Source of the DNA: Eledone cirrhosa
Lineage: Eukaryota
Direction: 5' to 3'
NCBI GenBank assembly: GCA_964016885.1
Contig: OZ024761.1
Location: 28,086,001-28,150,000, forward strand
Length of the DNA: 64,000 nucleotides
Notes under the pieces: model-generated
Told to the model about the DNA's origin: nothing
Databases searched by the model: none
What the model saw: only the letters and a program-made list of their open reading frames with translations
Shown here: positions 16,662 to 29,969 of the stretch, one piece after another
Layout of the letters: every line of letters begins with the position of its first letter
Numbering within the stretch: the first letter of the stretch is position 1
Translations under genes and position numbers: made by a program

Positions 16662-17492
16662 TCACCTTGATCACCTTGACCGACCAGTCTGTCGGGCGTC
16701 CATTCGGCGCCGCTGGTCACAGCACGCCGTCCGTTCCTCTCTGGATCGTGCTTTCCTAATCCATGTAGCCCCAATCGTATTCCTAAAATCGTAACTACCC
16801 CCTCGTGGAGGCCTTCCAAGTGGTCGTTTCCGCTCACGCGGGTACAACTCGGCAACTGCGCGGGTCCACCGATTATCGGTGAACCGGGCGACGTGTTCAG
16901 CCCATCTGAACTTGCTGCGTATATATTCCGTGATGACGTCCCTCACGGAGCACGTCCGTCTGATGACTTCGCTTCTGATGTGCTCTCTCACCGGGATTCC
17001 TAACATTGATCTCTCCATGGCTCTTTGAGCCGTTACCAGCCTCTGCTCTTCTCTCTTCGTTGTAGGCCAAGTTTCACTGCCATATAACATTGCAGGTAAA
17101 ACTGTACTATTGAAGAGGTTGGCGGGGGTGGTCTTGTCCAACCTCTCCTTGATCACATCCCTTATGCCGTTGAACGCCTTCCATTCGGCCCTTACTCTCC
17201 GCGAGATCTCCCTCTCAATGTCTCGGCGCATGTTGACTTCTTGTCACAGGTAGACCTATTCCTCCACCTCCTCTATTTCATCACCGCCAACCACCATTCG
17301 ACCTGTTGGTACGTTGTCGGACCGCGTGAACTTCGTTTTCATGCGGTTCATCTTGAGGCCTACTGCAGAGCTGTTGATGTCGACTTCCGTCAGCAGGGTC
17401 TGAAGCTTATCCGTAGGTTCAGCGATGAGTACGATGTCATCAGCGAAACGGAGGTGGGTAAGTATCTCGCCGTTGATGTTGACATCGCCTTC
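16662..17492 (-). mobile_element. RTE-clade LINE, 5'-truncated RT fragment with stop codons
   Basis: Minus strand gives INGEILTHLRFADDIVLIA...GLKMNRMKTK, continuing into ORF 16671-17231 (VLPAMLYGSETW, WAEHVAR, RPLGRPP). Ends in a short (caaggtgat) tandem tail. Confidence 0.9.
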
Positions 17493-17606
17493 CTAGTCAA
17501 TGCCTCTGATGATCTGCTCGAGACACGCGGTACTGACGAGAGCCTAAACACCGAATGCTTACCTGGGTGAACCTACAGTAACGTAACGTTACATTCCCTG
17601 GATATA

Positions 17607-18014
17607 TCTATATATATATAAGCAAGTCGGTCTGTGTGTGTGTGTGTCTGTCTGTATAGGAATACTAGGCTCCTTTTAACTTTTGAAGTACTAGGCCGAT
17701 TTCAACCAAATTTGGCACACGTATTGCTTATATGCCAAAGCAGGTTTTGGACAAAAACAAATGTGAATAAAATCGATATTGGGGCCGAAAAATCGATTTT
17801 GTGTGTGTATCTGTCTGTGTACAAATACTAGGCTCTTTTTAACTTTTGAAGTACTAGGCCGATGTGGCACGTGCTATTGCGGCGACCTCTCATTGGCTAG
17901 CCAATTAGCTGACATAAGCTGACATGCACTCAGAATTTGCTAGCTAAGCCATAAACGACCTTGAACAATTCAGGCCGTCATTCATTTCCGGAGCAACGCC
18001 GGGTGCATCTGCTA

Positions 18015-18015
<1 letters not shown>
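17607..18015 (+). mobile_element. Non-autonomous Helitron
   Basis: Starts TC after an A and ends ccggagcaacgccggg hairpin...CTAG before a T; contains an internal duplicated segment (aatactaggctc...gtactaggccgat). Confidence 0.75.
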
Positions 18016-18049
<34 letters not shown>

Positions 18050-18344
18050 GGGTTATGAATATATGAAATATATATATATATACGGAGGGTCGCAATAGAA
18101 TTCCTGCTCTCTGCGCGCTCTGAGTTCAAATCCCATCAATATAAACTTAGCTTTTCCTCCTTTCGGGGTCGGTAAAAAGTGGTACCTGTCCCATACTGGG
18201 GTTGATTCTTCCTCGATATCTCTTTCTCATTTCCACTTTACTTGCTTCCTCTTTACTCAATCTTCCCCTTCATCTGTAAGAAGAAATGAATATGTGTTTG
18301 GGAGCAAGAGCTTTTGTTAATGTGTGTAAAAGGTAAACAGAGTG

Positions 18345-19288
18345 TGTGTGTGTCTGTGCGAGAGTGAGTGTATGTATGTGTGTGCGCGCGTGTGTGTGTG
18401 TGTGTGTGTCTATGTGCGAGAGTGAGTGTGTATGTGTGTGCGTGTGTGTGTATGTGTGTGTGTATGTGTGTGCGTGTGTATGTGTGTGTGTGTCTATGTG
18501 CGAGAGTGAGTGTGTGTATGTGTGTGCGTGTGTGTGTGTGTGTGTGTCTATGTGCGAGAGTGAGTGTGTGTATGTGTGTGCGTGTGTGTGTGTGTGTGTG
18601 CGAGAGTGAGTGTGTGTATGTGTATGCGTGTGTGTGTGTGTGTGTGTGTCTATGTGCGAGAGTGAGTGTGTGTATGTGTGTGCGCGTGTGTGTGTGTGTG
18701 TGTCTATGTGCGAGAGTGAGTGTGTGTATGTGTGTGCGTGTGTGTGTGTGTGTGTTTCTATGTGCGAGAGAGTGTGTATATGTGTGTGCGTGTGTGTGTG
18801 TGTGTGTGTGTCTATGTGCGAGAGTGAGTGTGGCTATGTGTGTGCGTGTGTGTGTGTTTGTGTCTATGTGCGAGAGTGAGTGTGTGTATGTATGTGCGTG
18901 CGTGTGTGTGTGTATGTATCTATATGCGAGAGTGAGTGTGTCTATGTGTGTGTGTGTGTGTGTGGGTGTGTCTATGTGCGAGAGTGAGTGTGTGTATGTG
19001 TGTGTGTGTGTGTGTGTCTATGTGCGAGAGTGAGTGTGTGTATGTGTGTGCTTGTGTGTGTGTGTGTGTGTGTCTATGTGCGAGAGTGAGTGTGTGTATG
19101 TGTGTGTGGGCGTGTGAGTGTGTGTGTGTCTATGTGCGAGAGTGAGTGCGTGTATGCGTGTGTGTGTGTGTGTCTGTGTGTATGTGCGAGAGTGAGTGTG
19201 TGTGTGTGTGTGTGTGTGTCTGTGCGAGAGTGAGTGTGTGTATGTGTGTGCGTGTGTGTGTGTCTGTGCGAGAGTGAGTGTGTGTATG

Positions 19289-19323
<35 letters not shown>

Positions 19324-19340
19324 CTATGTGCGAGAGAGAG
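18345..19340. repeat. Minisatellite, unit about 50 bp (tctatgtgcgagagtgag + (TG)n)
   Basis: gcgagagtgag recurs about 20 times. Confidence 0.9.
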
Positions 19341-19484
19341 AGAGGGGGGGAGGGGGAGGCTATTGAAAATAAAATTAGAGAAATTCTTCAATGCTTCTAA
19401 AATGATTCTCTTTCAGTTCTAGTATTAATCAGGTTTAATTCTCTGGTGTTGCAGCCACTCTTTGTCAACGGCCATATTGGTTAC

Positions 19485-19584
19485 CATCGCCGCCACCATC
19501 ATCATCATCATCATCATCACCATCATCATCATAATGAATGATATCGTCAACACCATCATCGTCATCACCACCACCATCATCACC

Positions 19585-19630
<46 letters not shown>

Positions 19631-19791
19631 CCATCATCATCACCATCGTCATCATCATCACCATCATCGTCATTATCGTCATTACCATCATCATCACCAT
19701 CGTCATCACCATAACCACCATCGTCATTATCGTCATCACCATCACCACCACCACCATCATCATCACCACCATCATCATCACTACACCCCCC

Positions 19792-19823
<32 letters not shown>

Positions 19824-20045
19824 CCATCATTATCACCATCGCCATCCCCACCATCATCATCATCATCATCACCATCATCACCCCCCCCCCCCTCATCACC
19901 ATCATTATCACCATCATCATCCCCACCACCATCATCATCATCATCATCAACATCATCATCACCCCTCCCCCTCACCATCATCATCACCGTCACCACCATC
20001 ACCACCACCATCATCATCATCATCATCATCATCGGCATCATCATC
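19485..20045. repeat. (CAT/CAC)n trinucleotide tract
   Basis: Direct inspection; it yields spurious poly-H, poly-I, poly-M and poly-D ORFs. Confidence 0.95.
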
Positions 20046-20484
20046 GGCATTCTCTTCCGTTCCTACCAGGGATATTCCACATCGTTAAACATATCCAGTA
20101 TTTAACGGCATCTAATCCGCTTTCAACTGCGCTGGTCATTATACATAGCAAGATTAATAGCTTCATTAAATCTAATATTTCACTCGGTCACATCCTCATT
20201 AGTTTGTTAAATTCTAGTCTTTCGCAAGCTTCCTCCAAGATGGCACCGGTCCTTGGCATATGTTGGGGAACAGAATTCGTATGAACACCGAAGACATGTC
20301 TAATCAAATATTCAAACATGCTTTACTCGGCATGATGTCCTTCATCATTTTCAAGGCGATAGCGTAAGCTTTCGAGGGTATTCGATGGATCCGTTCTCTC
20401 CTTGAATAAGGTGCTTTATTTAACGTTGCTCCACTTGTCTGTGGATTTATAATCCCTTTTATACTCTATTAACAATACAAAACA

Positions 20485-21530
20485 AAATGACCTGTTACTG
20501 AGGGTGGCTCTCGTTTCTGCACCAGACCGAGGAAGGATGGAGTCGTCTTTGTGCCCCGTAAAGGTCCCACCGTAAAGGTCCCACGTAATGGTCCCATCGT
20601 TAAGGTCTGAGAACTTATCTCTTTCTCCTGTATTAACTTTACAGAAGAAAAGAGTTACGGCCCTTGCCATTCTGAGTTCAAATCGCGCCGAGGTTAACTT
20701 TGCCTTTCATCCTTACGGGGTCGATAAAATAAAGTACCAGTAATGTACTGGGTAATTTCTGGCCTTGTGCCAATAGTAGAAACAATTAACTTTACAGAAG
20801 AAAATGATCTGTTACTGAAACCACCTCTCGTTTCTGCACCACATCGTGGATGAGGTGGAGCGGTTTTTGTGCCTCAAAACTACGTAAAGGTCCCATCATT
20901 AACGTCTGAGTAATTACCCCTTTCTACTCTATTAGCTTTACAGAAGAAATTGATCTGTTACTGATTGCGGTTCTCGTTTCTGCACCACACGGAGGATGAT
21001 GTGGAGTGGTTCGTATGGCCCAAAACCTCCTAAAGGTCCCATCGTTAAGGTCTGAATAATTATCCCTCTCTACTTTATTAACTTTCCAGAAGAAAACGAT
21101 CTGTTACTGAGGCCAGCTCTCGTGTCCGCACCACAGCAAGGATAAGGTGGGGCGGTCCTTTATTTCTGAGTAATTATCCCTTTCTCCAGTATTAACGTTA
21201 CAGAGAAAACGATCTGTTACTGAGGCCAGCTCTCGTGTCCGCACCACAGCAAGGATAAGGTGGACCGGTCCTTTATTTCTGAGTAATTATCCCTTTCTCC
21301 AGTATTAACGTTACAGAGAAAACGATCTGTTACTGAGGCCAGCTCTCGTGTCCGCACCACAGCAAGGATAAGGTGGACCGGTCCTTTATTTCTGAGTAAT
21401 TATCCCTTTCTCCAGTATTAACGTTACAGAGAAAACGATCTGTTACTGAGGCCGGCTCTCGTTCCTGCACCACAGCAAAGCTGAGGCGGAGCCGTCCTTG
21501 TGTCTCATAACCACGTAAAGGTTTCATCAT
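20485..21530. repeat. Tandem repeat: 113-bp homogeneous units plus longer diverged units, interrupted by a SINE (20652-20790)
   Basis: aaaacgatctgttactgagg at 21093, 21206, 21319 and 21432; diverged copies near 20485, 20802 and 20948. Confidence 0.9.
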
Positions 21531-21877
21531 TAACTACCATTATTATCGGTTGGTGAGTTTGGAGAAAAATATCGATTTGTCGTTATTCAGTAATTAGAGC
21601 AATTAAATTTCTGAAAATTGTTTTTTCTCTTTTTTCTTATTCTGATATTTACAAAAATTTATAAAACCTTCATTACATATGCGTACTTGATGATGCGAAA
21701 ATGGTGGACGGCGGAAATCTGGTTGGCTGGCTCGACAGTTGGTTATTTGGTTGGATGGCTGGATGATGGGCTGGTTGGATGGTTGATTAATTTGTTTCTG
21801 TGTTGTCAGCTATATTTCATTTAAAAGATTGCATTTGTCTATTTGTTAGCATATATATATATATATATATATGTTGC

Positions 21878-21973
<96 letters not shown>

Positions 21974-21975
21974 TC

Positions 21976-22055
<80 letters not shown>

Positions 22056-22328
22056 TTATATATATATATATTTATTTATCTATATATATTCTTATATATA
22101 TATATATTTATTTATATATATATATATATTCTTATATATATATATATTTATTTATATATATATATATATTCTTATATATATATATATTTATTTATATATA
22201 TAAATATATTTATTTATATATATATATATATATTTATTTATATATATTTATATATATGTGCAATTATATGTGTGTGTATTTATATATATATATATGTGTA
22301 TTTATATATATATATATATATGTGTGTG

Positions 22329-22405
<77 letters not shown>

Positions 22406-22418
22406 ATGTATATATATA

Positions 22419-22458
<40 letters not shown>

Positions 22459-22864
22459 CATATGTGAGTATCTGCGTCGATGTTAAATATATGTGTACAA
22501 ATTTAAGGCTATTTTTGTATGCCATTCCAATTAATGGTTATCAACTAATTAATATTTTCCTCCTTTTACATACACAGGCCTAATAAATATTTAATGATTA
22601 TTGTACTCGTTAAAATTATTAACCGCTTTTCTCATTGCTATTCGTTTTCTTTCTATTCCTTATTCCTCTATTCTTATTCTGTTATTGTTATTTTCTTGTT
22701 ATTTTATTCCTATATTCAGCTGGCAGTTTTCCATATTTCCATCGTACACAAATTGAACGTTGTTAAATCTCGTTTTGTTTGGCTTTTTTAATCACTTTTA
22801 TTTTATTTAACATTATAATTATAATAATTATTATTATTATTGTTGTAATTACTATTACTAGTAG

Positions 22865-23710
22865 GGCAGTGGATTGACAGAATCGGTAGAGCGCCGGACA
22901 ACATGTTTTACAGTATTTAGCTATGCCTCTTTAAGTTCTGAGTTCAAATCCTTACGGGGTCGATAAAATAAAGTACCAGTCACGCACTGGGGTCGATTTA
23001 ATAGACTTTCCCCTCCCCCAAAATTAATAGCCTTGTGCCTATTTAAGAAACCATTATTACATTTATTAGTAGGGCATTGAATTGGCAGAATCGGTACAGT
23101 GCCGGACCCCGGCTTTACAGCATTTAGCTACGCCCCTGTTCGTTCTGAATTCAACTCCCGCTGAGCATAGCTTTGCCTTTCATCCTTATGATGTTGATAA
23201 AATAAAGTACCAGTAATGCACTGGGAAATTGCTGGCCTTGTGCCCAAAGTAGAGACAGTTATTATTATTATTACTATTTCAATTGGTGGATTGGCAGTGT
23301 CGGTAGAGGGTCGGACGCCATGCTTTGATGCATAGAGTTACGGCCCTTGCCATTCTGAGTTCAAATCCCGCCGAGGTTAACTTTGCCTTTCATCCTTACG
23401 GGGTCGATAAAATAAAGAACCAGTAATACACTGGGTAATTGCTGGCCTTGTGCCTAACGTAGAAAGAATTATTATTACAATTAGTAGTAGGGTATTGGAT
23501 TGGCAGAATCAGTAGAGTGCCGGACACCGTACTTTGCAGCATAGAGTTATGGCCATTCCTTTTTAAGATCAAATCCCGCTGAGGTTAACTTTGCTTTTCC
23601 TCCTTATGAGGTCGATAAAATAAAGCACCAGTAATGCACTGAAGTCGATATAATCAACTTACCCCTATCCCCAAATTGGTGGTCTTGTGCTTAAAGTAAA
23701 AACAATTATT
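22865..23710 (+). mobile_element. Head-to-tail array of four SINE family S copies
   Basis: Four repeats of A box, gttcaaatcc, gtcgataaaataaag and gccttgtgc..agaaa, separated by short (ATT)/(AGT) tracts. Confidence 0.9.
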
Positions 23711-23759
23711 ATTATTATTTCCATGATTATTTTTATTGTGCATCATTACTGCTTTACCG

Positions 23760-23990
23760 AGCACAGCTCTGTGTGCCTTGGGTATGTGCAGTGTAGTTTT
23801 TGCTGATGTTTCTATTGTATTGATAATAGTTTTCGTAATATGTGTGCAGTGCTTAGTAGTACTGTTGTATGCTGTTATATATTTGTAACTCCTGGGGTTT
23901 GGGTTAGGTATTTGGCTGTGTTTTTTTTTATCATTCCTGGAGCACCTATTATTATAGGGATTGTTTCTGTTTTAATTTTCCACATTAGTG
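23760..23990 (-). mobile_element. R4/Dong-like (RLE) LINE 3' remnant
   Basis: Minus strand reads approximately MWKIKTETIPIIIGAPGMIKK...VLLSTAHILRKLLS, like the end of the ORF at 35515. Confidence 0.7.
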
Positions 23991-24633
23991 CTAGAGTGCT
24001 AAGTTGGCAAAATATCTTCAATATTGTTTGATTGAGCAAAGAAAAATATAGGAAAAAAGAAATTTCAACGGAATCTCATTATCTACATCTTACTTAACCA
24101 AGTAGTCCATACTTAACCAATTGATCCATACTTAAAATTGTTGAACGGTGAAACATTCGAATCATTTTTTACAAGATATTTCGATCATGTCTTCGATGGT
24201 GGTTTGTAGTTAAGGCTGTTTAAATCGTAACAGACAAAATTCGTGACAAGCAAAATAATATGAATTCTATAGAGAGAGGTTTCTTTATTTTTTAATATAT
24301 AATGAACGAAATGAGATTGGTGAAAATCTGCCTTGATTCGTGTGTCGGTTTGTACAGGCATGTCCAAGATTATCGCTGCCAACGATTGTCATGAACAGAT
24401 GTTGCTGTATAGTGTTTTAAAATAAATGTTCAGTGCTGATGTGGAAGATATAGTACATTAATTAACGCTAATAATTAACTACCATTGGCGTTTGTCAACA
24501 TATTCCAACTCTGCTACGACATGACAGCCAGACGTGATGATATTTCTAATCGCTTTTATTTCAAAGTACCATTTATTTCTCATAAACATTATATATATGT
24601 ATATATGTATATAACAAAATTTAATATAGAAAT

Positions 24634-24685
24634 GGCTTCTACATGAAAAAAACTGTTTCATTCGACGGAAATCATCAGGAAAGCC
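24634..24685 (-). ncRNA. Hammerhead motif, family E, with an inverted degenerate partner at 24686-24718
   Basis: Minus strand: ggcuuuc-CUGAUGA-uuuccgucgaau-GAAA-cag...caug-UA-gaagcc. Related pieces occur at about 7598-7622, 24945-24980, 26390-26415 and 41786. Confidence 0.6.
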
Positions 24686-24801
24686 GGCTTTCCTGATAAT
24701 ATCCTTCGAATGAAACAGTATATTAGATTATGTTGTATATATTCCACTAATGTATTGAGTACCCTACTTACTGTGGTTACCCCCGATTGAACTCGGCACT
24801 C

Positions 24802-24846
<45 letters not shown>

Positions 24847-25320
24847 CATGTGTGTGTGTGTGTTTATCCCGGGTTCAATTGGAGGTAACCACAATAAGTA
24901 AGGTACTCAATACATAGCAGAGTATAAATATTTAATATAGAAATGGCTTCTACAGGACTAGAGAAATCATCAGGAAGTCCTATCAAATTAATTAACGCAG
25001 TTAAAAACGCACATTAATCCCCTACAATTTAGGGGATTAATGTGAGTATTTATTTACTTTTATAGAGAGAGAGAGTGCGAGAGAGGGAGAGAGAGAGACA
25101 GATGTATATATATATATACTGATGTAAAAGTTAAGTGGAAATATCCAAGAGTAAGAGCACTCAGTCCATAGGACGAGTTTAGTATAAATAATTATAACAG
25201 TGACATAAAGCGGTAGTTAAATTTCGTCGGGTTACGGGCCCCAATTTCTGGCACCAATTTCTTCAGCCTGTCATGAAAAAAATGGAAAGATAGCTATCTT
25301 TGTTTTCCATTTTTCTCAAG

Positions 25321-25370
25321 ACAGGCTGAAGAAATTGGGGCCCAGAACTCAACGAAACTTGAGTACCTGT
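25321..25370 (+). ncRNA. Type I hammerhead motif in fold-back element 25195-25385
   Basis: ACAGG-CUGAAGA-aauuggggcccagaacucaac-GAAA-CUUGAG-UA-CCUGU. A diverged inverted arm lies at 25195-25290. Confidence 0.72.
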
Positions 25371-25411
25371 TTATGTCACTGTTGTAATTTATATATATAT
25401 ATATATATATA

Positions 25412-25604
25412 AGAACCAGTAAGACCCCGACAGCTGAGCTCAAGCCGTTTCGACGGCTAATTCTAGAGTCCAGAATTAGCCGTCGAAACGGCTTGAGCTC
25501 AGCTGTCGGGGTCTTACTGGTTCCTATTACCCACTCTACTACCTCAAGTATTGAGTACTTTGGTGCGTTATGGTCAACCTGGTTCCTTACCACATTTCCT
25601 TCGT
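25412..25604 (+). mobile_element. Fold-back family A (subfamily ccagtaag)
   Basis: About 55-bp arms plus tail, flanked by (TA)n. Confidence 0.9.
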
Positions 25605-25623
25605 TATATATATATATATATAT

Positions 25624-25655
<32 letters not shown>

Positions 25656-26083
25656 GATAGAGAGGGGGAAGAGAGAGGGAGAAAGAGAGAGAGAGAAAGA
25701 AACATTTTTTCTTAATTTGCAGTTGATAATTACATTTAGTGATTTGGTCACGGTGAAAGCAGATTAAATGCGCTCTAATAATAATCTTCATTTAGACTCT
25801 CTACAAAACTAATTGGTTAAGTAAGATGTAGATAATGAGATTCCATTGAACCATATATGTCATTAGTAAAGGAGATTACTTGTTTCGCCTTCTGTTTGGA
25901 GCGTCTCCCACTACCACGACCACGACCACATTCTCCTCTCCTCTCCTTTCCTTCTTCACTCATTCATTTCTATCTTTCTTTACTTCTTTCTTTCCTTTAT
26001 TTATTTCTTTTCTTTCTTCTTTATTTCCTTCCTGTGTTTCTTCCATTCTGATAATTACTCCTCTGTTAACTCAGTATTAGTCA

Positions 26084-26148
<65 letters not shown>

Positions 26149-26167
26149 ATGGTGGTAGTAGTAGTAA

Positions 26168-26212
<45 letters not shown>

Positions 26213-26487
26213 CAGTAGTTGTAGTAAGGGTTTCGAATATAGGCACAAGGCCAACAATTTTGGGGGAAGAGGAAAGTTGGTTTAATCGATCTCAGGACTG
26301 GAATTAACTTGTACTTTATTTTATCGACCCTAGAAGATCAACATGAATATGATTATATATATATATATATAGTTTTAATATAGATGAGATTCTACAGGAC
26401 TAGAACTGTTTCATTCTGGCGTGTGGCTGAGTGGTAAATATATATATATATATATTTATTAAAATAACAGATTAAAGTTTAAGCAAA

Positions 26488-26528
<41 letters not shown>

Positions 26529-26548
26529 TATTTATATATGTATATATG

Positions 26549-26580
<32 letters not shown>

Positions 26581-26686
26581 TATAAGTATGTATATACACG
26601 TACATACATATATGTATATATATATATATAAGTATGTATATACGTACATACATATATGTATACAGACGTACAGTAGTATGTATATA

Positions 26687-26717
<31 letters not shown>

Positions 26718-27023
26718 GTGTGTGTATATACGTACATACATATATGTATACAAACGTACAGTAGTATGTATATATATATACATACATGCACACATATATA
26801 TATATATGTACGTATGGATTTACCGAGCAATTATGATAATGCTCGGTTTGTTTGTAAACAAACATCCCGAATTAAGCCGTTTTCCATTTATCGTTTTCCA
26901 TTTATAGTTTTCGGTGCTCCCGGCCGATTAACTCACTCGATATGCAAATTAGGCTGCTCAGCCGTTAATATACATAAGGAAAGTATATACTTTCAGACGT
27001 TCAATCATCTGAAAGGAAGGTAT

Positions 27024-27066
27024 ACGGTGCTGACGATAGCTAATAAGTTTGAAACTAGTACATCGT
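27024..27066 (+). ncRNA. Type I hammerhead motif inside inverted repeat 26630-27284
   Basis: ACGGUG-CUGACGA-uagcuaauaaguuu-GAAA-CUAG-UA-CAUCGU; stem I can extend through aagga/uccuu. Confidence 0.72.
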
Positions 27067-27470
27067 TCCTTTGTCAGTGTTGAACAAAAGGGCAACGATG
27101 GTTGCTAGACACTGTACGGCTTAATTCTGGTTGTTTGTTTACAAACAAACCGAGCATTATAATAAATGCTCGGTAAATCCATACGTGCATATATATATAT
27201 ATATATATGTGAGCATGTATGTATATATATACATACTACTGTACGTCTGTATACATATATGTATGTACATATATATACATACTTATATTTAAGGAACAGC
27301 CGTTCTAAGAGTGAGAAATGAAATTTCGTTTCATTTTTATATATATGTATATGTATATATGTATATATATATATGTATATATATATATTGTTATACTTGG
27401 GGAGGGTCATATTTGCGTAATATTGCCAGAATTAATAACAGAACACACTCACTGTATATATATATATATA

Positions 27471-27581
<111 letters not shown>

Positions 27582-27582
27582 G

Positions 27583-27619
<37 letters not shown>

Positions 27620-28339
27620 TTGGTGTTGTATTATTTATTTGGCGTAATGTGTTATGCATATGTAACAGTGACGGTTGTTATTTGAGCTATCTTAGAATCT
27701 TAGTATCGCTTATGTAAGAGTATTATTACACGGTGTTATTTCATTGGGTGGAAATTATGGAGAGTGGATGTTGATTTACTATAGTTATTGTCTTCGTGTT
27801 GATGCTGAAAGCTTTCACATTATTTGGAAATGTATTGTGCTGAAAAAGTAAGTTGTTTATGGGAGCTGTGCAAAAAAAAAGGGATGCCGACAATAGACAT
27901 CCATCAAAGTAGTTTTCAGCAAATTAACCACACACAACCAATTCAATTGAATTCGTGGAGACAAGAAGCTAGGGTAAGGATAATCCTGCAGATATTATTG
28001 TTAAGGACTGTTTAAGAAGGTCCCTTTATCGGCTCATCATTTCTAACAGATGTCAATATATCAGTGAAGGTTATGAAGAAGAAACTATTTGAATATATAA
28101 AGACCCGTAAATGGAGATAAGCAGAATGGAGAAGATATTGAAAACAGGAATATTCTCCCGTAATATATAGGTTCCTCAATAATGTTAAGGAGAAACGCAG
28201 CTAGAAATATAATGAACGCTGCATCACTTGCACCCCCCCCCCCGCACACACACAACCATACACACACACCCATACACACACACACATACATACATACACA
28301 CACACACACCCATACACACACACAAACACACATATATAC

Positions 28340-28397
<58 letters not shown>

Positions 28398-28610
28398 GCA
28401 ACAACACTGGGTGTTGCACATATATTATCTAGAATACTTTCAATAAATACTTAGGAATACACTGAAAAATCAAATAAAAACAAAACACGACAAAACAAAA
28501 ACAACAACAAATCAAAGCTTAACACTGCACTCAGATGTGCAGTGAAAACGCCAAATAATAATAATAAGGATACTGGAAAATGAACAACAACAACGATAAT
28601 AATAATGATG

Positions 28611-28673
<63 letters not shown>

Positions 28674-29214
28674 GTAGTAGTAGTATAAATAGTAATAATA
28701 GAGCATAAAATCTATAGAATAGAAAAGCGGATGTATTAAGTGTCACAAAGAGATAGATATAGAGATAGATATCTATAGATAGATAGATATGTTTATAGAT
28801 AGATAGATAGATAGATAGATAGATTGTTTGTGTTGAGGGTGGGGGGAGAGAAGAAAATTGCTGGTGATGAATATAGATTACAAGTTTTAGAGAGGTTTAA
28901 AACCAGTGCAAGTACGAATATAAATGAGTTAAGAAGCAATAAGGAAGAGTTACTGAGTAAAATTACCATCAGTTAAGGTAAAAGATATAAAAATGGCGAT
29001 TATTCTTGGCAGCGAGAAACGTTAATTTTATTCTAGAAAAATCTACGAGTAAATAACAGCAGCGATGCCAATAACCTGTTTATACATTTGTCGCAGAAAT
29101 ATAAGGTGTGGTATTCATAACAAAATGCGAAACAAAACCGTCATGGAGAATAAATGTAGAGGGTTAATTAAAAAGACCTAAATAAGAATTAAATTTTCTG
29201 CTTTCTCCAATTGC

Positions 29215-29246
<32 letters not shown>

Positions 29247-29248
<2 letters not shown>

Positions 29249-29451
29249 AACGAGTAGGACCTCGACGGCTGAGCTCAAGCCGTTTCGACGGCTAATTCTG
29301 GACTAAAATACTTTAGTCCAGAATTAGCCGTCGAAACGGCTTGAGCTCAGCCGTCGGGGTCCTACTCGTTCCTATTACCCACTCTACTACCCTAAGTATT
29401 GAGTACTTTGGTGCGTTATGGTCCACCTGGTTCCTTACCACATTTCCTTCG

Positions 29452-29452
<1 letters not shown>
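29247..29452 (+). mobile_element. Fold-back family A, longest hairpin copy
   Basis: Arms of about 60 bp around ggactaaaatactttagtcc, then an 80-bp tail; (TA)n flanks. Confidence 0.9.
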
Positions 29453-29501
<49 letters not shown>

Positions 29502-29549
29502 AGTCTACACACACGCACGCACACACAGACACACACAGAGACATATATG

Positions 29550-29643
<94 letters not shown>

Positions 29644-29969
29644 TATATATACACACACACATACATATATATCTTTTGATGATTGTGATTTCTTTCTTTA
29701 TTTTATTTTATTTATATTTTATTTCTTTTCGTTTCCTTTATTTAAGACGAAGATGTACAGTCTTTAGTAGCACTAATAATACAAATAACCAAGAGAAAGA
29801 CAGAGATAATTAAATAAATATATAATAACATCGTATAGGACAGTGTAATGAAAACAGACGTGACAATTTCGGCGGGAAATATACACGTGGGTAATCATGA
29901 GAAAATTAAAATTCCCAAGTGGATGAAGATTGTACAACAACCAGCTAAAAACTGTTTCTTCTAGCAAAA

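Noticed and set aside
17500-17580. ctgatga and ctgacga close together
   Set aside because: No correctly placed GAAA or stems could be built.
19425-20088. Poly-His/Asp/Met ORFs; likewise poly-Ser/Thr/Val at 56865-57551
   Set aside because: Pure trinucleotide microsatellites.
20048-20415. Possible decayed LINE 3' end adjoining the (CAT)n tract
   Set aside because: No convincing conserved motif could be read in any frame.
21093-21500. CRISPR-like regular repeats (also 30456-30850)
   Set aside because: Whole units repeat with no unique spacers and no cas genes, in a eukaryotic context.
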